Source: Nymphaea colorata
Lineage: Eukaryota
Assembly (NCBI RefSeq): GCF_008831285.2
Contig: NC_045138.2
Coordinates: 18,414,001-18,478,000 of the forward strand
Direction of reading: 5' to 3'
Length of the DNA stretch: 64,000 nucleotides
Shown here: one piece after another, positions 25,701 to 39,825 of the stretch
How the letters are laid out: the number at the start of each line of letters is the position of its first letter
Numbering within the stretch: position 1 is the stretch's first letter
Made by a program: the position numbers and the translations under genes
Notes under the pieces: generated by a model
Told to the model about the DNA's origin: nothing
The model's input: the letters and a program-made list of their open reading frames with translations, nothing else
The model's database searches: none

Positions 25701-28700
25701 AAGCGGATTCAGGAAACACTCTGCTGCCAAACTTTGTCTTACAAGTTTCCTGCCAAATTTCTTGCCTGTTTAATTGATTTGTACTGCTTTTTGAGGCATA
25801 ACTTTGAATAATCGACGGCACTCCATGACTACAACATCAGAAAGTGAGACTTAGAGGTAACAGAATATTAGCCTGACCGCCTTCCTCAGAAGCCGCCATC
25901 TCAAGAAAGGTCTTTAAAGGCAACCCCAACTGTGCTCCAGCTAGCCAGCTAGTGAACCATCGTCAATTTGGCAGGTTCTACTCTTCATCAACCACAGATA
26001 AAAAGCTATTTGGTTCTTTTCAAGATGATTAAGCAAGTGGGTCTAGGCAACTCTTTGGAATTCAAATTCCTTCAAGAAGTTCCAACTGCAAAAATAAAAA
26101 CTTCGAAACAAATGAGGACTTGCATATTGACGCCAACCATGTTCTAGATGACCGCATTTGTTGCCTTAAAACACAAGAATATTAACAAATTTACAAGGAA
26201 GTAATGGCTACCACATGATCAGTTAAGCGAAAGACAGGAAAAACACAAAATCTAAGAGACAAGCGTGTAAGCATACGGCAGGAATGCCATTGAAACAAAA
26301 CCTTGTTTCTTATGATCAAGTTAATTCAATCTTTTCTTGGTGCTTGTTCAATGGTTCCAGGGAGGTGAGCTATGGACTAACCCAACAAGAAATCCTACTT
26401 AGTCACGCCAATTTTCTTCACATCAGAAGCCCAAACAAACGCTATGCCTTGTCCACCCCCATTTAGCCAGCACACTGTATAGTTGCTTTCAATAAAAAAG
26501 AGGCGATCGTTTCCTAAGTTTGAACACTCGATCAGTGCATTCTTATATGACCAAATGCTGTTGAATTATCTATGTTTTATGCTCGTCATTCCATGTATAT
26601 CTTATCCTCTCACGTCATACATTACGACAATATCTTTAGAGGTCAACTCAAGCTAGATTTTGACCGTATTTAGTTCCAATTCACATTTTATTCACACTAG
26701 AGTTTGAATATTTTTTCTCAATTAATTCCACGAACATTTTATATATCCAAACTGGTAAGCCAAGACGGATGGATGTTGCTGTCGCAAAAGAACTGCCAGT
26801 GAGAAAATTTGAAGTTCAATCATTGCTGCTTTCAGCCACTGATGTGGTGGAAAAGATGACCTCTCCTCTATTCTACGATCAATAATGTCTTTAGAGAGAC
26901 CGAAAGAAATGCAAAAACGGAACTTACAGAAAAGAACACAAACAATCTTTATGCTTTTCGAATGTCGATAACTCAAGCTCCCTACAGAAAAGCATCTTTA
27001 AACAGACTAAAAGCAGATCTTGGATCTGGATCCTAACAAATGAGAATAATTAAATGAAATCCAAAATATAAGAAATAGACCCTGATGCACCCCTCCTGCG
27101 TCAGCCAACCATACAAAATCACATACAAAATCAAGTAATTAGAAAAAAAAAACTGGAGGTCACTGTCTCTAGACAGAGCACTTTGGAAGATGGTAGCCCG
27201 TCAAGTTGGCACACTTGCTTCGGAAACCGCCATTACAGATCGAGTTAGACCAAATGGCTTCCTCCAGTTAGCAATAAGTTGAATTTGTCTTCTTCGTATA
27301 ATGAGGACAAAAGAAATTCAGCTAGACATTCATGATCAATGAAATTTACGTTCCCTACTTGGTGCAAGTTAGATGCCTACATCTTATCATATTGCTTTCT
27401 TATTCTATCTTCATTTTCTGAGATTGGCTTCATGAAGATAAGTTGGTGTGACCAAATTGGCCTTCATATACTTTCTATAGGCATTAGGTTAGGTTTTATT
27501 GTTTGACAATAGGAGCAGTTCATCATTGTTTCATGGATCTATCTTAAAAGTCGATGCAGATTTATGTAACACTACATTACAATATTCCAATTATACTTAT
27601 ACTGTGCTTGAGTTTCATTTAATATCGTGAATCGCATTTATTGCAATCTTCGACCTTCTTATGAAAGAAAAGGCTATGATAACTGGATATTCATTAATGC
27701 GAATTGCACTCAAACGATTAGTACAGGGAGGCACGTAGCTGTCGTATTAGGGGGCGAGAGTTTGTCGCCGAAAAGCAATTCACTCTTCGAGCAAGCTAAA
27801 GCTGTTGATCGGCCACTTGATTAATTTGTAAGCTCGATTATAGAGCATTAACGTTCTTTCAAGTGATTGAGATCGATGGTATACGCACTCCCCAACAAGT
27901 TCCAAACATGACTTTGGTTGTATTATTAAGTGAGATCCAGTTAGCCTAAACACGCGTGGTATGGACAGCCGTCGATGTGATGCAAGGACCGACGCAAGCA
28001 ACCGAGGGCGCTACGCAGGGAAGGTGGACTCTGCCAAGATTAGCCACAAGAAAAAGGTTCCGGGTCCAACTTGCACTCAAATTTACCATCATATAATCCA
28101 TTACTTATACATAACAACTTCTCAGCGAAGCTGAGCCACCTATCTACTTGGACACCTTTGGTGAGTTTGGTGACTTAAAATTGTTAATATCTCATGAATC
28201 TGTTCTAAAATTTAGAAAAGAATTACAGAATATTGTAACATTAGATTTTTGTTATATAAATCTTCCCTAATTTTTAGGACATAACAGCTTGTTGATGTTA
28301 ATAAACAACTCCTAATTGTCGATGAAAAATCTACTTTACATGGTGCATTTTGTAAGAAGCTTAAAACACAATGTCTTTGGTTTAAGAAACATTTAATAAT
28401 CAAACGAAACATTATGTTTTGTTTTATTAAAATAAAGATGGTACTGAAACTTCTTCTTCATGTCTAAGTTTTTTAGGTCTGTAGTGATTTGAGATGCTTA
28501 GGACCTCTCCTTCTCATCAAACTTTAAATTCCTAATTTTTAGCATGTAATACTGACAGATCTACCACAACATTTAAGTATCTTCTACGAAACTATAACCA
28601 CGCGGTTTGCACTGGAATGGCTGTCCAGCCAATGGACACAGTAAACGTGTCCGCCGCTAAATGGCTAACCACGACACGTATATAGGAATGCAGGACCCGA

Positions 28701-28759
28701 CAACCGACGCCCGTCAACAACCGCGGCCCCACAGAAGTTAGAGAAATAGAGTCCACGTC

Positions 28760-28880
28760 TACAGCGCTGGGACCCACATGGCTGAAGGCAAGCGTCACAG
28801 TGAACCAGAAAGATGACGCCTTCTCGCACTCTATAAGATGGACGTCCCGGTGCTCCATCCCCGCCACCACCATCCTCGCC
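28760..28880 (+). promoter_or_regulatory. Proximal promoter of SULTR3 copy A with TATA-like TATAAG, conserved in copy B (~39640-39760)
   Basis: GGGACCC..ATGG..GCAAGC.TCACAGTGAACCAG.AA.ATGAC.CCTTCTCGCAC(TC)TATAAGATGGA is shared by both paralogues. Confidence 0.6.
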
Positions 28881-28932
28881 GCCCCACCGCCCAATTCTCG
28901 CCGGCTGGAATTCTTTGCCTGTTTATTATAAG

Positions 28933-30340
28933 ATGGGCAATGTCGGGCACATGGATTTAACGCACCGGGTGTCGGTCCCGCCGCCGGAGCCTTTCTTTCA
29001 GGCGATGAAAGCGTCGGTAAAGGAAATGTTCTTCCCCGACGACCCGTTTCGCCGGTTCAAGGGGCAGTCGGCCCGCCGCAGGGCCGTTCTGGCGTTCCAG
29101 TATGTCTTCCCCATAATGGAATGGGCCCCGACGTACACGAAGGAGTTTCTGAAGTCGGACCTGATCGCCGGAATAACCATCGCCAGCCTCGCCATTCCGC
29201 AGGGCATTAGCTACGCCAAGCTCACCAACCTTCCTCCCATCTACGGCCTCTGTAGGTTCCCTTTCATAGTTAATTAGCACCATCCTGCCGGCATTTTACT
29301 TGTTACCAATCCCATGAATATGATGATTTCATCTGCAGTCATCGTGACAGCCATAACCATCTTGTTGATGGTGGGTTGCTAGTGAACAAACTCAATTTGT
29401 TCTTTTCCTTCTTACCGTCTGTTATGATCTGGTGGGGTTGAATTCGTTGCATTGGTTTTTTCTGACACAAAAGCTAGCAAACACCCAAGCATAACGGCAA
29501 CTTTTGTGATGATAAAAGTAAAAGTAACAGCAAAAATAGCTTCTTCTTTTCGATAAGGATAATATTAGCAGGTTGTTTTACATGCAGCTAGCATCATCAT
29601 GATAATCATGTGAAGTCTTTTCCTTTACGAGTTGATTCCTTGTCCTAATTTTCTTGTGACTTTTGTCTGGTTTATGGTGTAGACTCGAGCTTCGTGCCGC
29701 CGTTGATCTATGCGATAATGGGTAGCTCGAGGGACGTGGCAATAGGTACGGTGGCGGTGGCGTCGTTGCTGATGGCATCGATGCTGGGGAAGGAGGTGTC
29801 GGCAGCGGCGCAGCCGGGTCTATACATCCACCTGGCCTTCACGTCCACTTTCTTCGCCGGAGTGTTCATGGCCGCCCTTGGATTTCTCAGGTGTGTACAG
29901 AAAGAGAGAAGCATCTGCCCTGTTCTTGATATGATTCACCTCTTCATCTCTTAGAATATTGACTTGCTTTTTGTACTATTTCCTTTCGTGGGGGTATCAT
30001 TTCGCTTGGTCAGGTTGGGGTTTATAGTGGATTTCTTGTCGCATGCAACGATCGTGGGATTCATGGCGGGGGCCGCTACCGTAGTCTCCCTGCAGCAGCT
30101 GAAGGGCATGCTGGGGCTGCAACACTTTACCAACGAGACCGATCTCCTCGACGTCCTGCGCTCAGTCTTCTCCCAGTCTCACAATGTTAATCTCTCTCTC
30201 TCTCTCTCTCTTCTTAGAAATCAGCTAGTAGTTCATCGATACCTGATTTAAATGTGTGCATACAATGAGGTTAATCCAAACACAGAAAAGGACGGGATGC
30301 AGGTGAATCCTTGGTCTGTGCATAAAGCCTGCATGCCTTG

Positions 30341-30397
<57 letters not shown>

Positions 30398-31700
30398 AAC
30401 TTTCTGCAAAAAAAGTTAATTTATTGTGAAGAATGATTGTGATTGTTGATTTTGTTGTTTTCCTTTGCAGTGGAGATGGCAGAGCGCGGTCTTTGGCTGT
30501 TTCATCCTCATCTTCCTCCTCCTCAGTCGCCACATAGTAAGTTTCATTAACTCCACAACAAAGCGAGGCAAAATGTTTGTCTCATCCTTAGTCAGTCTCA
30601 ACATTTCTCAGACTTCAATCTTCTGACTTTTAGCACCCTTTTTCTAATGTCTACTTTTCAAATGTTTTTCTTCAATGGAAAGTTCTCATGCAAATATTAC
30701 TTTACAATTGGGAGCTAATAATTTTTAGAGGGGTCGAACTGTCCTTTCTTTGACCTACCTTTTATTTCCAATTTTGAATTCCTTTCCCGATTTGTTTGGA
30801 ATTATAGGTTAGGAATGAAACAATAAAGCATCGCCGAATTTTCAATACAGTGTCGCAATTTAGCCAAGAATTTAAGGAAGTGAACTCCCTTTTTCTATTT
30901 CTTATTCCCAATCTTCATGAACATGTATGAACATGTATTGAACTGGTTGGCAGCTAAAGTTGACTAGCTAACCTCAGATTTTGTTGATGACCACCTGAAT
31001 CTCTGTCAAACCTTGTTCCTATCGTCTTGAAGCAGTTGCATTGCTTGGTGGTCTTGGTCTTAATGAAGAGTAAATTATCTGCTATTGGACTGACTACTTT
31101 TTCTTACATCACCATCCTCACCTGAATCGTCATTTCTACGTAAACACGGTTGCGGTATACCAGCCTTCAAGTCCCCCATCTTTGAAGAGGAACTGACAAT
31201 TACTTTTCCTTCATTCGGTCGAAAAAGTGAATGGTAGTTCATTGTTTGAACGTACTGAATTATTTATTCGTATCTGTCCTTATCTCTCTTTCTCCATGTG
31301 GTAGAGCAAGAAAAGGCCGAGATTTTTCTGGATATCAGCCATGGCTCCACTCATCTCAGTCATACTTGGAACCCTCCTTTCCTACCTTACCCACTCCGAC
31401 AAACACGGCATCCAGGTGGTAAGTAATCTATGCCTCCATTGACACATATTTTAAACAGGGGAGAGAGAAAGAGTTCTATTATTGAAAGCTTGATGTGAAA
31501 GCTGGGGCCGATCATAGGAATGTAATTCTGGTTCGACTGTAGCTCCTTTGTGTAAGTTCGGGTTAAAACTCAAGTTACAAATAAGTCGAGTTCGAGTTAG
31601 ATAAACTCGACTAGTTTAACGATTTGGCTCATTTGTTTTTTACTTCTCCTATTATTATGTCGTTTGATTCTCTCCCTTCCTCTCACCCTCTCTATATTTG

Positions 31701-31771
<71 letters not shown>

Positions 31772-34700
31772 TTTTTCTATTTTTTGTCTTCTTGTTCTTC
31801 CCACCTCCTCTTTCTATCGAGCTACAACTGCAAGCTAGGTAAGAGGTTTTTTGGCTTCAACGTTAGCTTTGATGAATCGGTGTATAATTGATATTTGATA
31901 TAAAAAATGAAAATTATTTAGTATTCTTCACGTGAGTAATTTATGTTTTAGAGAAGAACAATGAAACAATATTGCTACTATTTTGTTTTTCCCATAACGT
32001 GAAGGCGATGGAGATCATTATTTGCTGATAAGCTTAAACGAGCTTCAACAAGTTAAGCTCAAGCTCACACTCAGTTAACCGAGTTGAGCTTGGGCTTCCT
32101 TCTTAAAGCTCGGCCCGAGCTTGAGATGAGCAACATGCGAGTCGAGCTGAGTTTGAGCAGGACTGGATCGTTGAACATTTCTAGCCTAACGGTGTGGGGG
32201 CATGTGGGAATATTTTGTTTTTTTACCATAAGGTGACGACTTTCCCGTCTATTTGTCAGAAAAGTGTTTTGTCACCATTCCAATTGTGTCCTCATAAAGG
32301 GTGTCCTCATAAAGGGTCGTTAGTTCTTTGTTACTGAGGGCATTCCTATTTTTAAGCTAAGGCATTTTGGTCATTAAGCTCACAACCTTTGAGTTGAATG
32401 CTGTATCGGGCCAGTCTTCATCATTTGACAAAAAAAAAGAAAAGAAAAAAAGGAGAGAGCAATGCTGCTTTTCTACCGACCCTAAAAAAGGTTTGGCAAT
32501 TTTTAGGGATAAGGGTATTGAGGATATTTTTGTTTCTATTATCAAAAAATAATAGGAGCTACCTTGTTTTTCTCTAAAAAGCGTTCTTCCTCCACCTTTT
32601 CAGGTGTCATTGTCATTATATGTTGTTAGTTTTAGTAGGGCTGCATACGAGTCTAATAAGTTTAAACTCGACTTGACTTGACTAAAAAACTCAAATTCGA
32701 GCTGAGCTCCATAGGCCAGGATCGAGTTCGATTCAACCAATACAGCATAGAGCTCAAGCTCAACTCACTTAACTGGTTCAACTTGTTTCTATTAACATAT
32801 CTCATTTATTTTAACTCGTTTAACTAATTCAGCTATGATGAACCAATTTTACATAGTCGAGCTTAGTCGAGTTTAAATGAGTTGAGTTCTTACGCTGAGT
32901 CGAGTTTAAATGAATTGAGTTCTTAAAACTCAAACTTGGTTCATGTAACATTTTCTGTATAAATTTAAACTCTAGCTTGACTGTATAAATGAGTTGAATT
33001 TGAGTTCAAGTTCTTTGAGCTGAGTTCTTGAGTTGACACGTCGTGCAGCAATAGTTTGTAGTCGTATTAATGGTATTTTCTATTTCTTTTGCTTTTTACA
33101 GTATTAAAGGTATTTTCTGTTTCTTTTGCTTTTTACAGATTGGGAGCCTCAAGAGAGGAGTGAACCCACCATCGGTTAGTGAGCTAACGTTCTCGACCCA
33201 GTACTTGGGTCTCACCGTTAAGACCGGGATCATGACAGGCATCGTTGCTCTAGCCGTAAGTTTTCCTCCCCAATGAAGCTTCCTCTTAATTTGTAGATGA
33301 TGCTTTCATCATTCATGCTGCTCATGGTTTTAAGTAGGTTGTGAAACAACAAAAGTTTACGCGGATGTATGAGATCCAATATCTACTCACATTCTTTTAT
33401 CTGAACAAGCAGGACTCTGGTTTGGATCCAAATTGAATCAGGATTTATATGAGAAATGAGCAATAGAAAGAATGCAAATGCTCCAGTATCAAGTCAAACA
33501 GGTGAAGAAACCCGAATAAGTTGAAACCATTGGCTAGCTAGACCCATTAATTTGATGCCAACAGACCAATTTTTAGCTAGTTGGATTTGGATTCCGTTTT
33601 GGCTGATTCCATCTGATTCCTTATCTGAACCCGAAAAAAATTTGGCCAGACGCTATCTGTTCGAAGATCGGAGCTTGCTTCTACCCGTCTACATCCTCAC
33701 GCAACACGTCCAACGCAGTCCATCCATGACCTCTTCGGAGGTGGATGTTGCTTCGATTAATTTGAAAATTCCTATAAAATATAAGCATCAGATCCGAACA
33801 CACGCTTTATTCCAATCACATGTAGTTCGATGAGGATCCAGATTGATATGTACCTCCACATGGACACGAGAAAGAAGGAAAGAAAGAAAACGATTGCAGA
33901 GGTCTATACTGGATTTGACTAGAGGCCGCAGCTCTAATCGTTTCATAAAAGATATGACTTAACAAATTTGCATGAGCCAGATGGATAAGAATGTGATGAC
34001 ATTACCAAATCCGATCTAATTTTTCTTTTCCACACTATTCTAAGGACTCTAATGATACTAAATTATTTGGGGAGTTGTTTGTTTACATATTTGTGCAAAT
34101 TGACAGGAGGGGATGGCGGTTGGAAGAAGCTTTGCCATGTTTAAGAACTATCAGATTGATGGAAACAAAGAAATGATAGCTTTCGGGATGATGAACATTG
34201 TTGGGTCATGCACATCCTGCTATATAACCACAGGTTTTCAGCTCTTTCCTCTCTCTGGCTGATGATGATGAAGCTAGTTTGTTTCTTTCAGATAAATGAA
34301 GTTGGCCTTAATCAGTGGCTCCCAGAATTTGCATTTTAGCTCTGATCTGTAACGAAGTGTCAATTGCATAACATTCTTCTGAACAATTTTCAGCACCATT
34401 TTCACGATCGGCGGTGAACTTCAACGCCGGCTGTAAGACTGCAACTTCCAACATTGTGATGGCAACTGCTGTTATGGTCACGCTGCTCTTGCTGACTCCA
34501 TTGTTCTACTACACCCCCCTTGTTGTCCTCTCCGCCATCATCACTGCTGCAATGCTTGGCCTCATTGATTACAAGGCTGCCATCCATCTCTGGAAGGTTG
34601 ACAAAGCCGATTTCATCGTTTGCATCGTCGCCTTTCTTGGTGTTGTCCTTCGGAGCGTAGAGGTTGGCCTTATCATTGCGGTACGTTCTCTGATCATTTA

Positions 34701-36225
34701 CAAAACTCTAAGCAGCATGTACTTGTAATGATGATGACACTGTGTTGTTCTCTTCGCAGGTTGCTATATCTGTGCTTAGACTTGTTCTTTTCATTGCAAG
34801 ACCCCGAACTTCAGTTCTCGGGAAAATCACAGATTCTGTAGGGATCTACAGAAGTGTCAGCCAATACCCGACTGCCACTCGCATTCCCGGCATTCTTGTT
34901 CTTCAAATTGATTCACCAATGTACTTTGCAAATGCAGGCTATCTGAGAGAAAGGTTATCCTTCTTGCCATGGTTCAGAGTCGCATTCTACATGTAATGAA
35001 TGTCGCTCACAATTTCTGAAAATTGACCCTCGTTGTATTCTCTGCTTTCACAGGATCTTAAGGTGGATGGATGAGGAAGAGGATAGGCTTAAAGCTTCTG
35101 AGGAGGACACTCTCCAATATGTGATCCTTGACATGACTGGTAAGACTGTTCATGGCAATTGATGTTTTTCATAGTGTCATAGGTCATGTTGATATGCAGT
35201 GTGACTCGACTTGAATCAACATAGAGTTCCATGCGCTGTGTCACGGCGACGTAGCTCTAAAAGAAGTACCTGTTGTTCAGTGTCGAGGATAAAAAGTTGA
35301 GTTGAAAACCCATGAGAGCCACTGCTGCACAAGATAGACTCTCGGGGTGAGGTTACTAGTTTCTGGCTTTTATGTTGCTCATGGTGCCTGTAAGCCTCAC
35401 TGCTTAGGAGAAGTTTTCTTAAATAAGAAAGGAAAGGATATAGTAGTACTAACCTCTGTTTAACTGGGTGTTGTTCTTCACTAACTGGCTGAGTGTTACA
35501 TTACAGCGGTGGGAGGCATTGATACCAGTGGGATAAGCTTGCTACAAGAGACCAGAAGGAACATGGAAAGGAGGGGACTGAAGGTGAGGACTCGATGCTT
35601 TCCAGATTTCAGTTTTTCCGAATGTTATATAGTTGTTTAAAGTTTAGCAAGCATAAATTGCTTTACACAAATACCATTTGCATAAGCAAAAATAATAAAG
35701 ATAAGCGTTTTTCTCCCCATTGGTTGTTGCCATGGCAAACATGGACTTGTGTTTAGGAGTACTGCAGCACCTACCAAATCCTCATTCTGTTCACTTTTGG
35801 TTTGACATAGAAAGGATAATCTAATATAGAGTTAGATTTGGATTAGGAGACTTTACTCCATGACAAGCGCCTCATTTATTCAGATATGGTGATGGCTACA
35901 TCTATAACACACCATTTAAGTTCCTATTTGTGACAGAACCACTTGGTAATCTAAAAAGGATAGCATGATATTAGATGATAGCTAGGAATAACTAACGATC
36001 TTGATTCCCATCCTATGATTTGTGCAGCTTGCATTAGCAAACCCCGGAACAGATGTAATGGTGAAATTGGTGAAGTCTGAATTTGTCGATTCCCTTGGCC
36101 AAGAGTGGATATTTCTCACAGTGGAAGAAGCGGTCGATGCTTGCAAGTTTATGTTCCACACTTACAAATCAGACATCCCCAACTTAACCACCATGGACAT
36201 AATTGATGCTCAAGCCAACGTTTAA
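28933..36225 (+). CDS. SULTR3: Sulfate transporter, SULTR3 group (SLC26/SulP + STAS), copy A. Exons 28933-29251, 29683-29890, 30014-30185, 30471-30536, 31305-31418, 33139-33255, 34107-34233, 34394-34680, 34760-34953, 35054-35139, 35507-35583, 36028-36225
   Basis: Motifs [86 protein letters not shown] and STAS ([35 protein letters not shown]). All introns are GT-AG and frames are consistent. Confidence 0.93.
31515..32185. mobile_element. hAT-like MITE in SULTR3-A intron 5, containing a (CT)n(AT)n(T)n compound microsatellite
   Basis: Starts TAGGAATGTAA and ends TTGAACATTTCTA; GAGCTT/TCGAG-rich ends; absent from the matching intron of copy B. Confidence 0.5.
32636..33053. mobile_element. hAT-like MITE in SULTR3-A intron 5
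   Basis: TAGGGCTGCATACGAG ... TCGTGCAGCAATA, with many TCGAG/TTGAGTT internal repeats. Confidence 0.55.
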
Positions 36226-39200
36226 TGGAGCAAAAATTTGCCGTGAATAGCTCATGATGTGTGGCAGCAGTAAGCGCTGTGGCATCAGATGCAGTGTCAC
36301 TGGAGATTTCCCAAATTTGCTTGAAATTTTTGAAGGTGAAGCAGGCATGCCACAAGCAACTTCACACTAATTAGGTGGAGGTTGTTAGATCCACATGCTT
36401 TTCGTTATATGTGCGAAGGCAGATTTATTTAGCCAATGTGTCAACTACTGCATACAATAAGTGTAAATTCCCTAAAATTTTCATGATTTTTTTTTAATGC
36501 TTATCGTCTTGCTGTCCAACAGCATCCATGGAGTTGGAAATTTGTAGGCCAATTATCAAACATGGAAATGATTGCTACAGCAATGCATCTCCAGTGCCCA
36601 TTTTGCCAAGAATCAAACAGGTCTAATGGCAATCAACATCCGTTTATCTCTTTGTTAAAGGAATACTGCTCTATCAAACATATAGCTTCACGTCTATGGA
36701 CAAGAAGACAAGAAAATCAGCTTGCATGGAATTAACAGTGACAAATGCTGTCCACCGGCTCCATGAAAAGAGAAGGAAAGCAGTAGTTTCAGAAATGTCT
36801 TAGATAAGCTCAAAATAAGCTCTAATTGTGAATCCAAAACGAAGTATAACAATCTCAGAACGGTCAATAGTTGATCATTTGGAAAAAACCGTCTCTTTGG
36901 CATTTGGTCTACTAGATCTGAATAAATTTCCAAAACTTCTCTACCAAAATGTGGTTATCTACTTCATTTGCAGATCAAGACCCGTCAAACTTGTATCTTG
37001 CTGCTGTCTTGGGAATGAACCTTGCCTTTTCTGGAAGAACACCTCAGCAGAATGTAGCTTTCTTGTCGATGATTTCTTTCCTTGTCTACAGTATGCTGGT
37101 TATAGGACAATTAATATTCTGCTTTCTAGTTGGGTTTCCTTCTTCAAAGGATGAACTCCTATATAAATCTGGTGGTCTTATTGCCTGAAGTGGAAAGAAG
37201 AAAACCATTGCTTTCCTTTGGATGTAAACTTCAGTACCAAACCAAAGGAATGCCTGAGATGAAAAGCAGAAAGTATTCTGTTTTTTGAAGCATCATTACC
37301 TTAGAAACAAGAAAGACAATCAAAGGGTAACAATATATACCAGAAAATTCACAGTGATAAGTAATATACAGCAAACTATTCAGCAACATTCAAGCATGTG
37401 AAATCTTTTAAAGGCATAATGGGGAGTCAAAAACTCATCAGTTGCAAGAATTCTGAGATATCTACTGAGGAGCCACCGGAGCTTCTTTTCTTCTATAAAA
37501 AGCAGAACCATGCTGACTGCAATAAGAAAAAATAAACAAAAACTATTTGACAGGAAAGAGGAAGAGTAACAGGGGATTCCAAATCCGTGGTGTGTGGGTT
37601 GCTGTTAAAGATGTGCAGAAGGGCGAAAGTAACGGATATCAGTAGATACTGCATTGGAAGCAGTCATGTATCCTAGGTACGTGAATCTTTTTCAAATGGT
37701 TCAGTTTAGGAAGATGCTCAAAAATATTCTTTGAAAGCAAATACCTTTAATTCTACAGGAATTTTTCGACCTGAATCTTTTAAGCCATCTTCCTCCATCC
37801 TCATCTTCCCATTCTTTCGTCATCTACTTTTTGAAGCACCGAGTAAAAATAACAATATAATAACTAGTTCGCAGCAGTAACAAGAAAAGATACACTCTCA
37901 AGAAAAATGACTATTACGAAACATATGCATAACAGATTGATACCAATCTCAAGAACAGAAATACGACATCATCCCCCGAATTATAATATAAGAGAACAAC
38001 TGCCCACAAGATATTAACAACAAAATTTTGCTGATCTTTTGCCCATTTGTAATAATTTCCACAAAACAATCAAGAAAAACACGCCAACATAATTATTTGA
38101 AAAAGGAACCTCGGCAAAAAAACAGACAGAAAACAGAGAGTCACAACCTAAATGCAGCAGAGCTAAAAACTAATTAAAGGAATCAAGTCACTAACCGACC
38201 TGGCCCATTTGCGTCTTGACTCTTAGAGATAGTGCAATATTCCGGTTGCAAATGGGTTGATCTAAAGCATTAATTTAAATACATTTTGGGTCAAGTTGGT
38301 TACAGACAAATTCCCCATGACCCTTGCACCTGAGAGCCGATCCAATTGCAACCCTAATACTAATATCTTCCTGGAAGCAAAACTTCTTGAGTTGAAATCT
38401 TAAATGGCATCTTTTTTTTTTCGCTGCCGCTTCGCTCTGCACTACATCTTCCCTGTAACACATTAAAAGGCAGGAAATGGGCATACACATTGCAGATATT
38501 GCGTCAAAATTGGAACTTCACACTGGGAATACTTGTAGGAGCCAATCATGCTCGATGTCTTATTTTCTTACAATTGCATTTGTTAGAATTAATTAAAGTT
38601 TCAAATGTTTACTAAATCCAAATACAGTTTGATCTTTCAAATGTTCGTCAAATTTCACATGTTTATTAATCTTCGTTTGGAAATCGAGTTTGGTGTTGAC
38701 AGTACGGGGAAAACCGGTAGGAACCAATGTTTGATAGCTGCGTGTGACGTAAGGACCAACGTAAGTAATGGAGGGCGCTATGCAGGGAAGGTGGATTCCT
38801 CGGTGATTACCTCCAAAACAAGGTTTCGTGGCTTACTTGCACTCAACTTTCACCAACCACCGCAAGTGAAGGGCCCAAACCACAAACCCACGTTATCCAG
38901 TTTCCTCTGGACTAAGTTGAGACTCAATCGAATTAAATGATCACTTATACATACCGACATCGCCGGAGGTAATTCCGGAGCTGAGCCACGCCGGCGGCTT
39001 GGCACCTTGTACTGATCGGGCTTGATGTATAAAATGGAACTGAGTTTTTGTAGAGATTTCTTTTGCGTGTTCTGAAAATACTCAAAACTGCAATATCTTA
39101 TGATATTGTTTTGTGTTTAATAATGAACGCGAAACATAATTAGAACATTTTTCAACATGTTAGAGAAAAAATTGCAAGGAGCCAAGCATCGGGTAGTAAC

Positions 39201-39825
39201 ATATTGCCGCTTCAAGTTTTGAAGCTCAACAGACCAGCCCTTAATGGAGAGGAAATGACGGCCCCTTCTCCTCCTTTTTTTCTGGCAGGGAGGGGCCGAC
39301 AGACGAGACGCGACAGCCTTCCCTCATTCTTTCCCCCTAATAGGAAGGCCCGTTGTTCCTCCCCCTTCTGTATTTGTGATGGAAGGGAAGAGAAGCTGTC
39401 GCCGACGGCGCTTTTACCCCGTTTTCCGGTAGGGAGGGCCCAGCCACCCTCCCTAGTTCCTCCTTCCCCTCCAAAGAGGGCCCCGTCAACCTCCCCTTCT
39501 CCCGGTTCCTTCCCTTTCCAAAACCAATGAAAACGTAAAACACGTCATGTAATAATGGCGCAGGGCCCCGTCAAAAGGACGACATCAACAGCTCCGGCAC
39601 ACAGAGGTTGGAGCACCAGCATCCACATTCCACGTATGCTCGTATGGGACCCCATGGTGGAAAGCAAGCCTCACAGTGAACCAGGAAAATGACTCCTTCT
39701 CGCACTATAAGATGGAGGCCAGGGTTCCTTCCCCACCACATGCCACCATCCTCGCTTGCCTGCCGGCACTGCCGCGGTAGAGGGGTACCGTCGCCGGCCG
39801 GAATTACTTAGCTTTTCACCCTGAG

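Noticed and set aside
37378..37445. C/D-box snoRNA-like pattern on the minus strand (TGATGA..CTGA)
   Set aside because: The boxes are not conserved in the duplicated copy at ~48.5 kb, there is no convincing terminal stem and no rRNA guide was recognised.
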